Assembly: GCA_965234725.1 (NCBI GenBank)
Contig: CBDDUX010000071.1
Span: 1 to 62,843, forward strand
Source of the DNA: Thermoplasmatota archaeon
Lineage (GTDB): Archaea > Thermoplasmatota > Penumbrarchaeia > Penumbrarchaeales > Penumbrarchaeaceae
DNA length: 62,843 bases
Reading direction: 5' to 3'
Part shown: positions 37,774 to 46,839 of the stretch, in pieces
Layout of the letters: each line of letters starts with the position of its first letter
How positions within the stretch are numbered: position 1 is the first letter of the stretch
The notes under the pieces: model-generated
Told to the model about the DNA's origin: nothing
What the model saw: the letters and a program-made list of their open reading frames with translations, nothing else
Database searches by the model: none
Position numbers and translations under genes: made by a program

Positions 37774-38226
37774 TTCGATGAAGGCCTTCAGCTTTGGGTC
37801 CTGAACATACGGGAGCACCGAGGAATACAACTTCTTCATATCTGTATACCTGACAGTGTCCATGTAGAGTTGTGCCAGGTTCAGCTTGATGTTCAGGTCC
37901 ATGGGCGATTTGGAAAGTGCAAGCTCGTACTCGGCCTCTGCTTCCTCGTACCTTCTCTGGGAATGGAACAATGCGGCCAGAGACCCATGGGGTTCACCCC
38001 TCTCAGGGTCCATGATCATGGCTTTTCGGTATTCAACCTCCGCCGCCCTGGGTCTCCCGGTTTTCTTGAGGAGGTCCCCATAATTGAGGTGTACCTCTGT
38101 GGAATTAGGATCGAAACTCAAGGCTTCCAGGTATTTTGCCTCCGCAACTTTCAGATCACCCTTCCTGTGGAGTTCAATACCCTCCTCCAGGAGCTTGCCT
38201 GCCTTCTTTTTTCTGAAATATTCCAT
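37759..38226 (-). CDS. Tetratricopeptide repeat protein
   Basis: About 4 TPR units (AEAKYLEALSFDP, AEVEYRKAMIMDP, AEAEYELALSKSP). Confidence 0.88.
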   Translation of the reverse strand: MEYFRKKKAGKLLEEGIELHRKGDLKVAEAKYLEALSFDPNSTEVHLNYGDLLKKTGRPRAAEVEYRKAMIMDPERGEPHGSLAALFHSQRRYEEAEAEYELALSKSPMDLNIKLNLAQLYMDTVRYTDMKKLYSSVLPYVQDPKLKAFIESRIR

Positions 38227-38339
38227 GGAAACGCCTCGACCGTATCACAGGACCTATCCCGGGCATATTTATAATATATTGGCAACGATTGGGATGAACC
38301 GAACCCTGGGGATCCATTCCAGGGTCAGAGGGTGTCAAG

Positions 38340-39152
38340 GTGAGAGTAGGAATACTCGGATGCGGTTTCATAGGAACAACTATAGCCGGATCCCTGCAGG
38401 ATATGGAAGGTGTTGACCTTATCCCTCTTTTTGACAGGGACTACGATATGGCCGCCATTCTGGCCGGGAAAATTAGGATAGCCTCGGTATTTCCCCCAGA
38501 GGACCTGAACGGATTCATAGAGGCTTCGGACCTTGTTGTGGAAGCAGCTTCCCAGGAAGCTGTAAGGGACATTCTACCTGAGATACTGGACAGAGGAAAG
38601 GATGTGATGATACTCTCCGTTGGTGCCCTTGTGGATGATAGTCTCTGGGATTCTTTCAAGGAGAAGGCAGGGAAGAATAATTGCAAGATAATGGTCCCAT
38701 CCGGTGCGATAGCAGGGATGGATGGTCTGACATCTGCCTCCATAGCGGATATTGAATGTGTTACACTTACTGTCAGAAAGCCTCCATCAGGTCTGTCGCT
38801 CCCACACGAGCTCTCCCATCTCTCGGAAAGCGTAAAAGAAGCAAAGGGCCCTATAACGATCTTCGAAGGGACCGCCAGAGAAGCTGTCACACTATTCCCC
38901 AAGAACGTCAATGTTGCCGCGACAATATCCCTGGCAGGCATCGGTTTCGATAGAACCAAGGTTAAGGTTATTGCCGATCCAACGGTAACAAGGAATCAAC
39001 ATCAGGTTGAGGTCAGAGGCAGGTTCGGTGAGATGAAGATCTGGATGTACAATCAACCTTCAACCACCAATCCGAGGACCAGTTACATGGCCCCATTATC
39101 TGCAATAGCATCGCTTAGAAAGCTGTTGACAGGCATCCATATCGGTAATTGA
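38340..39152 (+). CDS. nadX: L-aspartate dehydrogenase
   Basis: GCGFIG, VEAASQEAV, SVGAL, PSGAIAG, FPKNVNVAA, NPRTS. Confidence 0.95.
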   Translation: MRVGILGCGFIGTTIAGSLQDMEGVDLIPLFDRDYDMAAILAGKIRIASVFPPEDLNGFIEASDLVVEAASQEAVRDILPEILDRGKDVMILSVGALVDDSLWDSFKEKAGKNNCKIMVPSGAIAGMDGLTSASIADIECVTLTVRKPPSGLSLPHELSHLSESVKEAKGPITIFEGTAREAVTLFPKNVNVAATISLAGIGFDRTKVKVIADPTVTRNQHQVEVRGRFGEMKIWMYNQPSTTNPRTSYMAPLSAIASLRKLLTGIHIGN

Positions 39153-39161
39153 GGTGCGAAC

Positions 39162-41678
39162 ATGGAAAGTAGGACCCTGGAACTGATAGCTGAGGGATCA
39201 TCGCTGGGTGATTCCTACATATTCAACCTTGAACCACCAAAGGGAAAGGTCCACCTTGATGAGACGACAGTTTTCGGGTTGATACTAAGACCAGAGGGGA
39301 ACAGCACAAGTCCCGAGGTCCTGAGGTTCGAAAAAGGCTCTGGGTTAGAAGGTCCGGATGGAAAATGGGATGGTGAAAGAAGGGATGACGGATCGATCCA
39401 TTTCGGAATATCCCTCTTGCTAAGAGGGAAGAAAGGACCCTCGATGCTCAAGATCATTGTGAAGAGCGAGGAATTCAGGGCGACCCTTGCTTTCACAGAG
39501 GTTCCATTGGAGATTGGCTCCAGCAAACTTGATGTCAATATTCCGGGATGGCCCCTCAGATGGGATGGGACTTCCCCCATGGAAATAGGTATCGAACTCA
39601 CCCACCGGGGTGAGGGGAAGGTAAATGTTCAATCATCCATACAAATCCTTGATGGAAACGGGACCATCCTCATGAAGGGGGATGCAGCCGAAACCATTGT
39701 GAAGCATAATTCAATAGTGAAGACCATCATCGACCCAGGAAGGTTGATCGATTTCGATACTCTATCCGTCAGAGTGGAACTCCTGATGGATGGAGAGCAT
39801 CAGGATAAGCTGATCCTTGGAGCGATCCTTCCTCTGAAGGATAAGAAGATAAAAGCTGGTCTGCCGGGCCGGATCATTTCCGGAGAAGAATTCTCGGTGA
39901 TCCTGGAAATTCCTGAGGGACAGCCATTGGATGGACTCGAACTGACACTTGGCGACCTGGGTCCTTTTGTCCCGGAGGAGATCAAGGGAGAGGGCAATAA
40001 CAGAGAGGCCCTTTTCAGGGTACCAGAAATGAACAAGGGAATGGTACCCCTGGTTCTCAAATTGGGAGATGAGGAGGTTTCCAGATCACCCGTCTTCGTT
40101 GATCAGATGGAGATCTTTCATAGAATATCATTGGGTTTTGAACCGACATCCGTTTCACCGGGTGAGAAGGTCGGGATCAAACTCGATGTGAAAATGACCT
40201 CGGATATCGGTCCTTTGAAGGTCCTCCTCGAATTCAACAGAAAGAACCTTCCAGACCTTGACCTTGGAGAACTTCCGCAGAATGGAAAATTGGACCATAT
40301 CATCGACCTTCCGGAAGATCTCGATATCGGAGATATTGGGGGGAAGTTGAGATTCTTGAAGGGAGAAGAGGAGGTTGGAGGGGAGGCCCATGCAAGGTTC
40401 TTCACGATCAGGTCCAGATCAAACCTTGGATTGGAAGTGAAACTTCCAGGTCATCTTGACATGGAAAGGTCAGAACAAATTCTTCTCCCTGGAGAGACTA
40501 TCACAAGCTCCAGGGAATATTCAGTAGCATCGATCAAATACCTCAACTCAGGAAGGGTCCTGATAAAATCGAGAGAGAGGATCATTCCTGAGAAAGGTGA
40601 AGGAGCGGAACTTGCATCTCGCATTATCCTTGTGGATACTTTCCTGGAAACACTTACCAGACCGGATGTCCATAAGAAGATGTCATCATCCCTTGAACAT
40701 TTGAGGAAGGTCACTGCTCTCCTCCTCAGATCATCGGACGGAGTAAGAGATACAAAAGATACGGGATTCCTTGGGTATTTTTCGAAACATATACAAAATG
40801 GAACGGATGAACCTGCATACAAGGTCCATTCCACTGACGGAAAGGACCCGGTATCCAACCTATCAGTTGTATTGAAAGAACTGCTTGCCGATGATGGAAT
40901 TGGCCCAAGGTCCGATCCTACAAGTTCCCTTAGGGACCTAGTTGAGCATATAATGAAAGGTATGAAGGGGCGTGACTCGAATTTCGATAGAGGTCTTGTA
41001 GGAAAGAACCTGATGGAGATCTCCAAAAGAGGAAGGGATGCCTTGAAGGACATCCAATCATTGCAAAAAGGTTCGGTGATCGATCTTGAGTCTGCATCCG
41101 GTGCCTTAAAAAGGGTCTGCTTCTACCTAATAGCACTTTCACTGGTCAGGGCCGAGGTCTTTTCACGGTGGTCGGATCCAGTTGTCACAGCCTGGGATCA
41201 GATCAGGATCGAGAGACAGAGAGCAATTAAGGGAAGCATCAAATCGATAGGGGACACCGTATCGATGATCAGTGATATCTGGAATGCTTCAAAACAAAGA
41301 TGGGAAGCCTACAGGAAAAACACAGTGGCAAGGTGCAGGTTTGCATCCTTCGATGGATTGGATATCAATGTGGAAAATGGTGGATTCTCGGGGATGTCCG
41401 GTGATGTCTGGGAATGTGTTGTCTCCATATCATCCAAGGAAAGGTCACCAAGATCGAAGCTCACACCATACCTTTCCCTCCCAAGAGGTGGATGGTCCCT
41501 TGAGGGCCCAATGTCCACCCGTGAGGGGGATAATCTGATCTTGGAGCCATTCATCGTTGGAGAAGGATCAAGGAATGAAATCACTTTAAGAGTAAGGGCC
41601 CCATCAGTAACATCAAGTGAGGATAAGGCATTGTTGTATCTCCACCCCGGAGATATACACCTGGAGGAAGAACCGTGA
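39162..41678 (+). CDS. Large hypothetical soluble protein (beta-rich N- and C-terminal parts, helical middle)
   Basis: 838-aa ORF, SD GAGGTG, no signal peptide, no recognisable motif. Confidence 0.8.
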   Translation: MESRTLELIAEGSSLGDSYIFNLEPPKGKVHLDETTVFGLILRPEGNSTSPEVLRFEKGSGLEGPDGKWDGERRDDGSIHFGISLLLRGKKGPSMLKIIVKSEEFRATLAFTEVPLEIGSSKLDVNIPGWPLRWDGTSPMEIGIELTHRGEGKVNVQSSIQILDGNGTILMKGDAAETIVKHNSIVKTIIDPGRLIDFDTLSVRVELLMDGEHQDKLILGAILPLKDKKIKAGLPGRIISGEEFSVILEIPEGQPLDGLELTLGDLGPFVPEEIKGEGNNREALFRVPEMNKGMVPLVLKLGDEEVSRSPVFVDQMEIFHRISLGFEPTSVSPGEKVGIKLDVKMTSDIGPLKVLLEFNRKNLPDLDLGELPQNGKLDHIIDLPEDLDIGDIGGKLRFLKGEEEVGGEAHARFFTIRSRSNLGLEVKLPGHLDMERSEQILLPGETITSSREYSVASIKYLNSGRVLIKSRERIIPEKGEGAELASRIILVDTFLETLTRPDVHKKMSSSLEHLRKVTALLLRSSDGVRDTKDTGFLGYFSKHIQNGTDEPAYKVHSTDGKDPVSNLSVVLKELLADDGIGPRSDPTSSLRDLVEHIMKGMKGRDSNFDRGLVGKNLMEISKRGRDALKDIQSLQKGSVIDLESASGALKRVCFYLIALSLVRAEVFSRWSDPVVTAWDQIRIERQRAIKGSIKSIGDTVSMISDIWNASKQRWEAYRKNTVARCRFASFDGLDINVENGGFSGMSGDVWECVVSISSKERSPRSKLTPYLSLPRGGWSLEGPMSTREGDNLILEPFIVGEGSRNEITLRVRAPSVTSSEDKALLYLHPGDIHLEEEP

Positions 41679-42811
41679 AGGAAAATGCCATGGATCCCTA
41701 CAATGACCTGGCCCTTAGGGAGGTCCAGTCATTCCTGTTATACAAGAATGGGAAGGAACCTTTGAACGGTCAGGACCCAGGATCTAGGATCAGGAAAGGG
41801 ATCTGGAGGGATGAAGGTGTGGATCTCACCGCTTTCAACAGGTCTAATGGATATTCCCAGGATCCGGAGGTTGCCTCCGTAATTCTTGAGATGTCCAAGA
41901 AAACAATAAGGGAGGGAGTGTTGAGGAGAAAGAAGGACCATATTGTAGCTTCTGGTCTAAAGGACCTATCCACTATGGCAAGTTCCTTTGAACCGGAAGG
42001 ATTCAAGATAGGGGACCTTCAATCATTCTTCCTTGGGTCTGATATACTCTATCCATTTGCTTTGAACAGGTCATTCCCTCCACTCGATAGGTCCATGGGT
42101 ACGATCAAGGTTATGAGAAGACATCAGAGAACCCCAATGGACCTCGACCCTACCAGGATCCTGAAGAGAGACGAGGTACATGCGGTTGGGAGGAATCAGG
42201 GAGAGGACATTCTAAGGATCTTTAAAAAGACCTCGGATAGGAAGAACGCGATCCACACACCTTCCGGAATGATCATAGGGGACCTACCTGGATTGATCGA
42301 ACATATCTTCTCCTGCGATGAAAAAGATCTTTCCGGTTTCATAGAGAAGGATTCATTGGCCATATTTGCCGTGGAGGGCCTGGGTAGTCAACTTCTTGCA
42401 TCACTATTGAGGGACCTATCATCAGGCCCGGGTGGAGAAATGGAATCACCCGGGGGATTCAGAGAAAGGTTCGGAAGGTGGATCCTTGAAAGCACACTGG
42501 GAGAGGAGGTGTCAGATTCGATAGTCCCAAGGTTGCTCAAGAGACTTGCCAACTGCTCCGAAGGAGAAGCCATGAAGCTTGAGGAAGCCCTTCAAGGCCT
42601 TATTGGTCCAGGATCCACTAGGGAACTGACATCCCTCGTCTTTTCAGCGGACCCTATCAAACGACCTCATATTATCAGGCTCCTTGGCCGGACAAGGGAC
42701 AGGGCGGCACAGGAGACATTGAAGAGATTGATGGACTACTCGACACTGGAAGCAGATCGGACCACAGCGCGGGAAGCATTGATATCGATGGGAGTCAACC
42801 CTGATGGTTGA
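41675..42811 (+). CDS. Hypothetical protein with C-terminal HEAT-like repeats
   Basis: GTGA overlap with the upstream gene; KRPHIIRLLGRT..AQETL..DRTTAREAL HEAT-like end. Confidence 0.75.
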   Translation: MKENAMDPYNDLALREVQSFLLYKNGKEPLNGQDPGSRIRKGIWRDEGVDLTAFNRSNGYSQDPEVASVILEMSKKTIREGVLRRKKDHIVASGLKDLSTMASSFEPEGFKIGDLQSFFLGSDILYPFALNRSFPPLDRSMGTIKVMRRHQRTPMDLDPTRILKRDEVHAVGRNQGEDILRIFKKTSDRKNAIHTPSGMIIGDLPGLIEHIFSCDEKDLSGFIEKDSLAIFAVEGLGSQLLASLLRDLSSGPGGEMESPGGFRERFGRWILESTLGEEVSDSIVPRLLKRLANCSEGEAMKLEEALQGLIGPGSTRELTSLVFSADPIKRPHIIRLLGRTRDRAAQETLKRLMDYSTLEADRTTAREALISMGVNPDG

Positions 42812-43476
42812 TGTTGAGGGAAATATTAGATAACCATTTAATGAGATATGGCTTTATACCGGATCAAGGGGCCTTGTATTTGAGGTTCGACGACAGGTTC
42901 GATCCGCTTCTGGAGGAAATTGCGGAGAAGGTGGTAACATGCACCAAATGTCCTCTTTCGGAAAGCAGGGTCACCGCTGTACCAGGAGAAGGTCCCCAAC
43001 ATGCCGCCATAATGCTGGTGGGTGAAGCACCAGGGGCAGCGGAGGATGAGTCGGGGCGTCCTTTTGTGGGACAATCCGGTCAGCTCTTGTCGGACCTCAT
43101 GAAGGGAGTGGGAATGAAAAGGGAGGATGTGTTCATCACATCGATCCTGAAGTGCAGACCCCCTGATAACAGGGACCCGAAACCTGAGGAAGTAAGGACG
43201 TGCGCCCCTTTCACCCTTGCACAACTTGACTCGCTTTCCCCGATCGTTACAATAACCCTTGGCAATTCTGCATATGACCTCTTCTCGTCAACATTCTACC
43301 TGCCAAAGAAGAAGGTTGGCGAGGTAAGGGGAAAAGTGTTCAGACTCCACTCCACCGGTGCCCGTTTCCTTATCCCCACCTATCATCCAGCTGGTCTCTT
43401 GTATAACAGGAAGCTGATCCCTCAGTTCAAACAGGACCTTGAAACTGCTCTGAAATATCTCAAGATGAACCCCTGA
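42808..43476 (+). CDS. udg: Uracil-DNA glycosylase family 4 (Fe-S)
   Basis: CTKCPL, GEAPG, GRPFVG, KCRPPDNR, TYHPA. Confidence 0.95.
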   Translation: MMLREILDNHLMRYGFIPDQGALYLRFDDRFDPLLEEIAEKVVTCTKCPLSESRVTAVPGEGPQHAAIMLVGEAPGAAEDESGRPFVGQSGQLLSDLMKGVGMKREDVFITSILKCRPPDNRDPKPEEVRTCAPFTLAQLDSLSPIVTITLGNSAYDLFSSTFYLPKKKVGEVRGKVFRLHSTGARFLIPTYHPAGLLYNRKLIPQFKQDLETALKYLKMNP

Positions 43477-44305
43477 CCTTGTACCTTTTGTGAGCCATTA
43501 AATAAGAAAAATATCCGGTCAATGCTACGATGGTCCTTGTCATCCACCAGAAACCAATCTGTTTCTCCAACATCTCTGATGGATTGTAGGATCCCCAAAG
43601 CGAGCCGTGTTTGACAGTTAGCTGTTTCCTTCCGAATCCGTTCCAGAAAGCCTGCTTGAAAAATCCTACAACCGTGGACCTCTCCTTGTGGTACACGACC
43701 ATCCTCTCATTGTTTCCGATCTTGTAACCCTTGTCCACAGCCCTGTAGTTCATTTCAACATCCTCGGCTGTGACAAACCTCTTGTCGAAGCCCCCGATCT
43801 CCTGAAGTATGTGCTTCCGGTATGCAAGATTGCATGAGGGCCATGTGATATCCTGTTCCTTGTAATATACCTCTACCCTTCCCAGATTCTGGAATGGTTC
43901 GTACCCCATTGGAATGGTCTGCCCACCAACGATATCAAGATCTCCAATGGACTGCCTGATCTCCCTGGCCCAGAAGGGGTTGCAAATGCAGTCCCCATCC
44001 GTGAATGCGATTATCTCACCCTTTGCCAGCTTTATCCCTCTATTCCGGGATTCTCCTCTTTGTGCTGCATACTGGTGCAGTATAATAAATCCATAATCCT
44101 TCTGATACTTCTTGACAATATTTTGGGTACCATCTGTGGATGCTGCATCGATAATAATGATCTCTATGGGCGGTTCCTGGAGGACAAGCGAATCCAGCAG
44201 ATGTCCGATATTGTGCGCCTCATTCTTGATAGTGACAACTACGGAGATCAGAGGCCCTTCCTCTTGGTTCTCTATGCTCTCCTTCTTATCAGCCAATTGG
44301 ATCAC
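43460..44305 (-). CDS. GT2 glycosyltransferase
   Basis: ISVVV, DAASTDGT, RNRGI, FTDGDC, GGFD, AED. Confidence 0.92.
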   Translation of the reverse strand: MIQLADKKESIENQEEGPLISVVVTIKNEAHNIGHLLDSLVLQEPPIEIIIIDAASTDGTQNIVKKYQKDYGFIILHQYAAQRGESRNRGIKLAKGEIIAFTDGDCICNPFWAREIRQSIGDLDIVGGQTIPMGYEPFQNLGRVEVYYKEQDITWPSCNLAYRKHILQEIGGFDKRFVTAEDVEMNYRAVDKGYKIGNNERMVVYHKERSTVVGFFKQAFWNGFGRKQLTVKHGSLWGSYNPSEMLEKQIGFWWMTRTIVALTGYFSYLMAHKRYKVRGSS

Positions 44306-44778
44306 TTCTTCTTGGATACAATGAAATCTGCCAATGTCATTCCCGAGGATTCCGCTTTCTGTGTTATTGAGTAATCCTCAACGACTTCCAGTAAGGAGAT
44401 GTCGAGAGCTTTTTCCAGTTTCTTTATCAGAGTGTCAGGTGGGTGCATCTCCCCATGTTCCAACTTCGAGATGATGGATACTCGTTCATTGATCTTCCTT
44501 CCCAGATCCTCCCGAGAAAGGCCCATCCCCTCTCTGGCCCTCTGGATCCGTCTCGGATAGTCATCAACAAGCTCTTTGTCCCGATTGGTGAGCGCATCCG
44601 GTTTTTTCGACCTTTGTACTGGAGCAGAGGTTTTCGGTCTCTGGACGATCTTCGGCTCGGGTCTCCTTTCAACAACTTTCCCGTATTTCGAGCAATCGGG
44701 GCAGAGATACATCTCGGCCCCCTCGATAAATACAAGGGTCAGTTTCGCTCTCTTTCCACATCTTTCACATTCCGCCAT
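44302..44778 (-). CDS. mbf1: Archaeal multiprotein bridging factor 1 (Zn ribbon + HTH)
   Basis: CERCG...CPDC, ELVDDY, KLEKALDI, MTLAD. Confidence 0.93.
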   Translation of the reverse strand: MAECERCGKRAKLTLVFIEGAEMYLCPDCSKYGKVVERRPEPKIVQRPKTSAPVQRSKKPDALTNRDKELVDDYPRRIQRAREGMGLSREDLGRKINERVSIISKLEHGEMHPPDTLIKKLEKALDISLLEVVEDYSITQKAESSGMTLADFIVSKKK

Positions 44779-44832
44779 GTTCCCTTGTACCCCCTGTTCA
44801 CATAATCATCAAAGAGGATTTATAATCTATTG

Positions 44833-46590
44833 CTAACCCATTCCCCAGGTCGGCTTCTCCCGTCTCTTTATTGCAACAATATGGTCCAGTACCTCTCTCT
44901 CCTCCACCGATAGCTCCAAATTTATTAGGTCGGGGACCTTTCCCTCGGGTATATCTATGTACAATATATCTTCCTCGTTGAAATGCCTGCCCACCATGGG
45001 GCCACTGATGGCCATGGCAACTTCTTCTCCCATCTTGCCTTCCTTGATGGTCCTTTTATCCAGCTGCATGGATTGGATCCTTCCGATCACCTTTCCGTCC
45101 TCCCTCATGACTGATTGATCGGACCTGACCCTTCCTGCAAGTATCCTTACACCAACAACAGCAGGCTTGGAGATCCTGAATATATGGTCCCTCATAACCA
45201 GGAACTTGGCCGGGTGAGCATATTCGGACCTGCGCTCCTCCTCAAGTTCCCTTTTCTTGATCTTTTGCCATTCCATATGGTCCTCGATTATCTTGTAAAT
45301 AACATTGTTGAGGATAAGTTTGACATCCATTTCCTCAGCAAGGTCTGCAACTCCCGGGAGGGATTTGATATTGAACCCTAATATGACCCTTTGGAGGGGG
45401 TCCTCAATGGATGAGATCTCCTTGATATCCCTTTCGGAAATGTCCCCTGTTTCAGCTTTGAGTATCTTGACATCATTCTTATTCAGAAGATGGTTCATGG
45501 CTTCGAGGGATCCTATGGCATCAGCCTTGATGAGTATACCCTCAGGGTCCATTTCTATGGAAGGTTCCGTCAACTTCAAAACCTCCTCTATTGCATCCTC
45601 TAGGGTCACATCATCCCTGACAACCCTAAGGGGCGCTCCCGCCATAACCTCCTCTGCATTCTTTGCCAATATCTTGACCCCTGCCGCGGCATGGACCTCA
45701 CTAATATTGTCGAACTTCTCCCTGGGGTCACGGATCTCATCCATCGGTCTTGGTTTGAGAAGGGATTTTACCCTGAGGACCGAAGGTTTTCCCTTGGTTC
45801 CCACGACAATGGTGTCATCTTTTTTGATCAGTCCGGAATAGATAATGGTATCCATTGTGGTGCCAAGGCCTTTCTCATCCTTTACCTCAAGGATCGTTCC
45901 TTCGGCAGGTCCGTCCTCGGTCTCAAGGTCATCGGCGAGGAATCTCTGGGCAAGTCCTACGAGCATCATCAAGGCATCCGGTATACCCACACCATTCACT
46001 GCTGACATGGGGACCATGGCTATCGCTTTGGTAAAATCAGGGACCCTGTCGTAGCGGTCGGCGTTGAATCCATGTGAGGAAAGGGCCCCCATCAAGGAAA
46101 AGATCCGGTTGTCCAGTTCCTGTGTGAGGATCTCTTCCTGCTCTTGGAGGTTCAGTATAAAGGGTTGATCCTCAATGATCACCCAGCCGTTTATCCTGTC
46201 TATCTTGTTCAGGCCTATAAGGAAAGGAGTCTTGTACTGTTTCAGGATATTTATCGACTCAAGTGTCTGGGGTTTGATCCCTTCCATGACATCTACAATG
46301 AGAATGGCCAGGTCGGCAAGTGATCCGCCCCTTGCCCGGAGTGAAGTGAAGGACTCATGTCCGGGAGTGTCAATGAACAGCAGTCCCGGTATCTTGAAGG
46401 TCTTTCCCACCATCATAGGTCCGCAGGCTTTCCTGAGTCCCTCCATGGGCACCTCGGTGGCACCGATGTGCTGGGTTATCCTTCCTGCCTCTCGGTTGAC
46501 CACTCCGGTTCCCCTTATCCGGTCAAGGAAGGTGGTCTTTCCGTGATCTACATGTCCAAGAACGGATACTATGGGTTGTCTGATCCTCAT
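44833..46590 (-). CDS. infB: Translation initiation factor IF-2 / aIF5B
   Basis: RQPIVSVLGHVDHGKT, ITQHIGA, DTPGHE, NKID, KADAIGSLEA. Confidence 0.98.
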   Translation of the reverse strand: MRIRQPIVSVLGHVDHGKTTFLDRIRGTGVVNREAGRITQHIGATEVPMEGLRKACGPMMVGKTFKIPGLLFIDTPGHESFTSLRARGGSLADLAILIVDVMEGIKPQTLESINILKQYKTPFLIGLNKIDRINGWVIIEDQPFILNLQEQEEILTQELDNRIFSLMGALSSHGFNADRYDRVPDFTKAIAMVPMSAVNGVGIPDALMMLVGLAQRFLADDLETEDGPAEGTILEVKDEKGLGTTMDTIIYSGLIKKDDTIVVGTKGKPSVLRVKSLLKPRPMDEIRDPREKFDNISEVHAAAGVKILAKNAEEVMAGAPLRVVRDDVTLEDAIEEVLKLTEPSIEMDPEGILIKADAIGSLEAMNHLLNKNDVKILKAETGDISERDIKEISSIEDPLQRVILGFNIKSLPGVADLAEEMDVKLILNNVIYKIIEDHMEWQKIKKRELEEERRSEYAHPAKFLVMRDHIFRISKPAVVGVRILAGRVRSDQSVMREDGKVIGRIQSMQLDKRTIKEGKMGEEVAMAISGPMVGRHFNEEDILYIDIPEGKVPDLINLELSVEEREVLDHIVAIKRREKPTWGMG

Positions 46591-46839
46591 ATTGACACCA
46601 CCGGGACCGGAAGGGTTTGATTGCGAGGGATAATACTATGTCTTATTTAATGGTTTGAAGTAAGCGCGGACTTCAATTCTCCAGGCTAAGTAAATGACAA
46701 TTCCCATTATCTCCGTACCTATATTGGACGATCGGAACCCATCCAGATCATCTTCTTATGCAAGACTGTTCTAAACAAATAGTGAACCGATAAACATTTA
46801 ATCCTCCATCGGGGATGAAATTTCGTCCCGGGTGAGGAA

